NCBI GenBank assembly: GCA_947461105.1
Contig: CANHIG010000003.1
Coordinates: 1-52,173, forward strand
Source of the DNA: Bacteroidota bacterium
GTDB taxonomy: Bacteria > Bacteroidota > Bacteroidia > Chitinophagales > LD1
Length of the DNA stretch: 52,173 nucleotides
Direction of reading: 5' to 3'
Shown here piece after piece: positions 49,678 through 52,173 of this stretch; position 1 is the first letter of the stretch; every line of letters starts with the position of its first letter. Below the pieces are notes generated by a model. That model was given only the letters and a program-made list of their open reading frames with translations. It was not told the origin of the DNA and did no database searches. Position numbers and translations under genes: made by a program.

Positions 49678-49811
49678 GGTAAGTGATTTTCATTGTCTGT
49701 GTTTTCGGGTGGGAAAACTCGACATCGCGAAATTTCAATATACAATTGAAAATAAAGTTAATAGTCGGTGAACAATAATATAAAATGCATATTTGTAGAT
49801 TAAGCCAAAGA

Positions 49812-50921
49812 ATGTATAAGCCAATTCGATTTATTCCACAAGAAAAAAGTGATTTTTACACTACAGTAAAAAAAAGGGTAGCAAGTTATTTTAGCGAAAA
49901 GAAGATTTCGCGTAATGCAAATGGCGCCATGGTGCTTAAAAGCATAGTCCTGATTGCTGCTTATGTTTTTTCTTTCATCATAATTCTATTCGCTGGTCTT
50001 CCATGGGGCGTGAATTTGCTTTTTTGGAGCATAATGGGCTTTTCGCTTGCAGGAATCGGGATGAGCGTAATGCATGACGCAAATCACGGAGCATATTCTA
50101 AAAGTGCTATTGTGAATTACATTATGGGACACACGTTAACAATGATTGGGGGCTCTGTTTTTAACTGGAAATTGCAGCATAATAATCTGCATCACATGTT
50201 CACCAATATTGTTCATGTAGATGATGATATTTCGGATAAACCCATGCTTCGTTTTTCACCCCACACTAAGGTTAATGCTACGCACAGATTTCAGCACTTA
50301 TATTGTATTTTTTTTTACGGAATTTCTACATTTTACTGGATACTCGCAAAAGATTTCATGCAGCTGTACCGTTACTCAAAATTCGGAGTCAATAAATCTA
50401 CACCCTCGCAAAACCGATGGGTAATTGCCCGCCTGCTTATTAGTAAAATTGCTTACTTCTTTGTGATGCTTGTGGTACCGACATTATTGTTGAAGATTCC
50501 TTTTTATGAGTTAATAGTCGGGTACTTGCTCATGCATTTTATTTCGGGTATCGTGCTCACCTTTGTTTTTCAGTTAGCACATACCGTTGAAGGAACCACA
50601 CATCCACTGCCCATCGAAAACGGTATAATCGAGAACGACTGGGCTATTCACCAGATGGAGACTACCATGAACTTTGCACCTGACAATAAAATTCTTTCGT
50701 GGTATGTTGGCGGACTGAACTATCAGGTTGAGCATCATCTTTTCCCGAAAGTCTGTCATGTGCATTACCCTCAGATAGCAACTATTGTGAAGCAAACAGC
50801 TTCTGAATTCGGCATTAAATATTTAGAGCACAAAAGCTTTAAAGATGCATTAAATGCTCACTTCCAAATGCTTGCAAGTTTGGGAAAGTTACCCACGGTT
50901 GATGAAGCAATTGCAGGGTAA
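49812..50921 (+). CDS. Membrane fatty-acid (acyl-CoA) desaturase
   Basis: His boxes HDANH, HNNLHH and QVEHH. The likely start is 49812 (ORF track starts at 49785). Confidence 0.9.
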   Translation: MYKPIRFIPQEKSDFYTTVKKRVASYFSEKKISRNANGAMVLKSIVLIAAYVFSFIIILFAGLPWGVNLLFWSIMGFSLAGIGMSVMHDANHGAYSKSAIVNYIMGHTLTMIGGSVFNWKLQHNNLHHMFTNIVHVDDDISDKPMLRFSPHTKVNATHRFQHLYCIFFYGISTFYWILAKDFMQLYRYSKFGVNKSTPSQNRWVIARLLISKIAYFFVMLVVPTLLLKIPFYELIVGYLLMHFISGIVLTFVFQLAHTVEGTTHPLPIENGIIENDWAIHQMETTMNFAPDNKILSWYVGGLNYQVEHHLFPKVCHVHYPQIATIVKQTASEFGIKYLEHKSFKDALNAHFQMLASLGKLPTVDEAIAG

Positions 50922-50931
50922 ATTCATTACA

Positions 50932-52173
50932 TTAATCAACAATAAAAGCTTCTAACTTCTCCGCAATTTTCCTGTCATTTGATAAACGTGGCACTTTGTT
51001 TTGTCCGCCCAGCTTACCGATGAATTTCATGTATTCTATGAATGCTCCGCGCTTCAACTTTCTGAGTTCCAGTCTTTTGAGCATGCCGCCATCTCGCAAG
51101 TCAAAGTAATAAGAGTTTTTTTGCTGGAGATATTTATCTGTTCTTTCAATGAAAGCCTCTAAATCATTTGGTTCATTTTCAAACTCCACAAACCACTCAT
51201 GATAAGATTGCCCTTTTTCATCGCTCACAAAAGGGGCAACTGTAAACTCAGTCACAGAAACATTCATTTCTTTGGCGGTTTCCATCAGCGCATATTCCAC
51301 CTCTTCGCCAATCACATGCTCTCCAAATGCTGAAATGAAATGTTTGATTCTGCCGGTTACCACTATTCGATATGGGTCGGTGGAAATGAATTTAACAGTA
51401 TCGCCAATATTGTAGCCCCATAGTCCGGCATTGGTATTGAGAATGAGCGCATAGTTTACCCCAATTTCTACCTGAGCTAAATAAATGCGCTCAGGATTTT
51501 CATTGAATACTTCATCAGCTTTTATAAACTCATAAAATATGCCCCCATTGACATTCAGCAGTAAACCTTCTTTGTTTTGGTCCGAATAGTTGCAATCTTG
51601 ATACGCAATGAATCCTTCGGATGCCGGAAAGGTTTCTATGCCGTCTATCTTGCCACCAACTAGTGTTTCAATCTTGTTGCGATATGGCTCAAAGTTTACA
51701 CCGCCATAGGCAAAAACAGAAAAGTTTGAGAAGATTTGCTTGATGTTTTTCTTTCCGGTTTTCTCCAGCAGCTTTTCAAAATACATCACTACCCAAGGCG
51801 GAATACCGCTGATGAGCGAAAGATTTTCTTTGCTGGTTTCATCAACTATCGCTGCAACTTTTTGCTCCCAATCTTCGATACAATTGGTCTCATAACTCGG
51901 CATTCTGTTTTTATTCAGATAGGCAGGAACATGATGATAGACAATACCCGAAAGCCTCCCGCTGTCTATTACTCCATGCTTATCCAATTCGGGAGAACCT
52001 TGCAGGAAAATCATTTTGTAATCAAAGAAGTCCGATTTGCCTGTGTGATGAACGTATAGCAGCAATGAGTTTCGGGCAGCGTTGATTTGCTCTTTGATAG
52101 AAACTTCTGTAAGCGGAATATATTTAGTACCGGAAGTAGTGCCACTAGATTTGCAGAAATAAAGCGGTTTTCC
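50932..52173 (-). CDS. GH3 auxin-responsive-family acyl-amido synthetase (5' truncated by the window edge)
   Basis: The frame is open to 52173 and reads GKPLYFCKSSGTTSGTKYIP, then FPASEGF, YNIGDTV and GGQNKVPRL. Confidence 0.9.
   Translation of the reverse strand, partial: GKPLYFCKSSGTTSGTKYIPLTEVSIKEQINAARNSLLLYVHHTGKSDFFDYKMIFLQGSPELDKHGVIDSGRLSGIVYHHVPAYLNKNRMPSYETNCIEDWEQKVAAIVDETSKENLSLISGIPPWVVMYFEKLLEKTGKKNIKQIFSNFSVFAYGGVNFEPYRNKIETLVGGKIDGIETFPASEGFIAYQDCNYSDQNKEGLLLNVNGGIFYEFIKADEVFNENPERIYLAQVEIGVNYALILNTNAGLWGYNIGDTVKFISTDPYRIVVTGRIKHFISAFGEHVIGEEVEYALMETAKEMNVSVTEFTVAPFVSDEKGQSYHEWFVEFENEPNDLEAFIERTDKYLQQKNSYYFDLRDGGMLKRLELRKLKRGAFIEYMKFIGKLGGQNKVPRLSNDRKIAEKLEAFIVD

Noticed and set aside
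49496-49738. 80-aa minus-strand ORF upstream of rseP
   Set aside because: It spans the divergent promoter region, has a TTG start and has no protein-like features.

Overview
Chromosomal window of an AT-rich Bacteroidota bacterium, judged from TTTG-N19/20-TANNTTTG promoters, T9SS genes and a Bacteroidota-type dcw cluster (probably Chitinophagales/Saprospirales-like; this is inference). Bases 1-6.3 kb are accessory: a beta-barrel protein, a low-GC two-gene pair, a DUF1826-like gene and a GH31 glycosidase with an in-frame amber codon. The GH31 gene sits in a nested repeat structure. A perfect 24-bp direct repeat duplicates the DUF1826 start region, an inner 9-bp direct repeat brackets the gene, and the two flanking arms rejoin into one long hairpin when the gene is removed. 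No recombinase is present in the window. Next come speA, argS, a perfect 52-bp palindrome, hbd, and the mraZ-to-ftsZ division cluster with MraZ and DnaA boxes upstream. After these lie a WbqC gene, an MbnP/MbnH copper-type operon headed by a Cys-rich HPP-ending putative leader ORF, and a TonB receptor/DUF5689/secreted nuclease locus. A T9SS type-B cargo/PorP/PorE triad follows, then a decayed region (a LolA-methyltransferase deletion scar and a lipoprotein pseudogene), hslR-like, pruA, rseP, a fatty-acid desaturase and a partial GH3-auxin-family gene. All family calls come from motif recognition by eye; no database searches were run.
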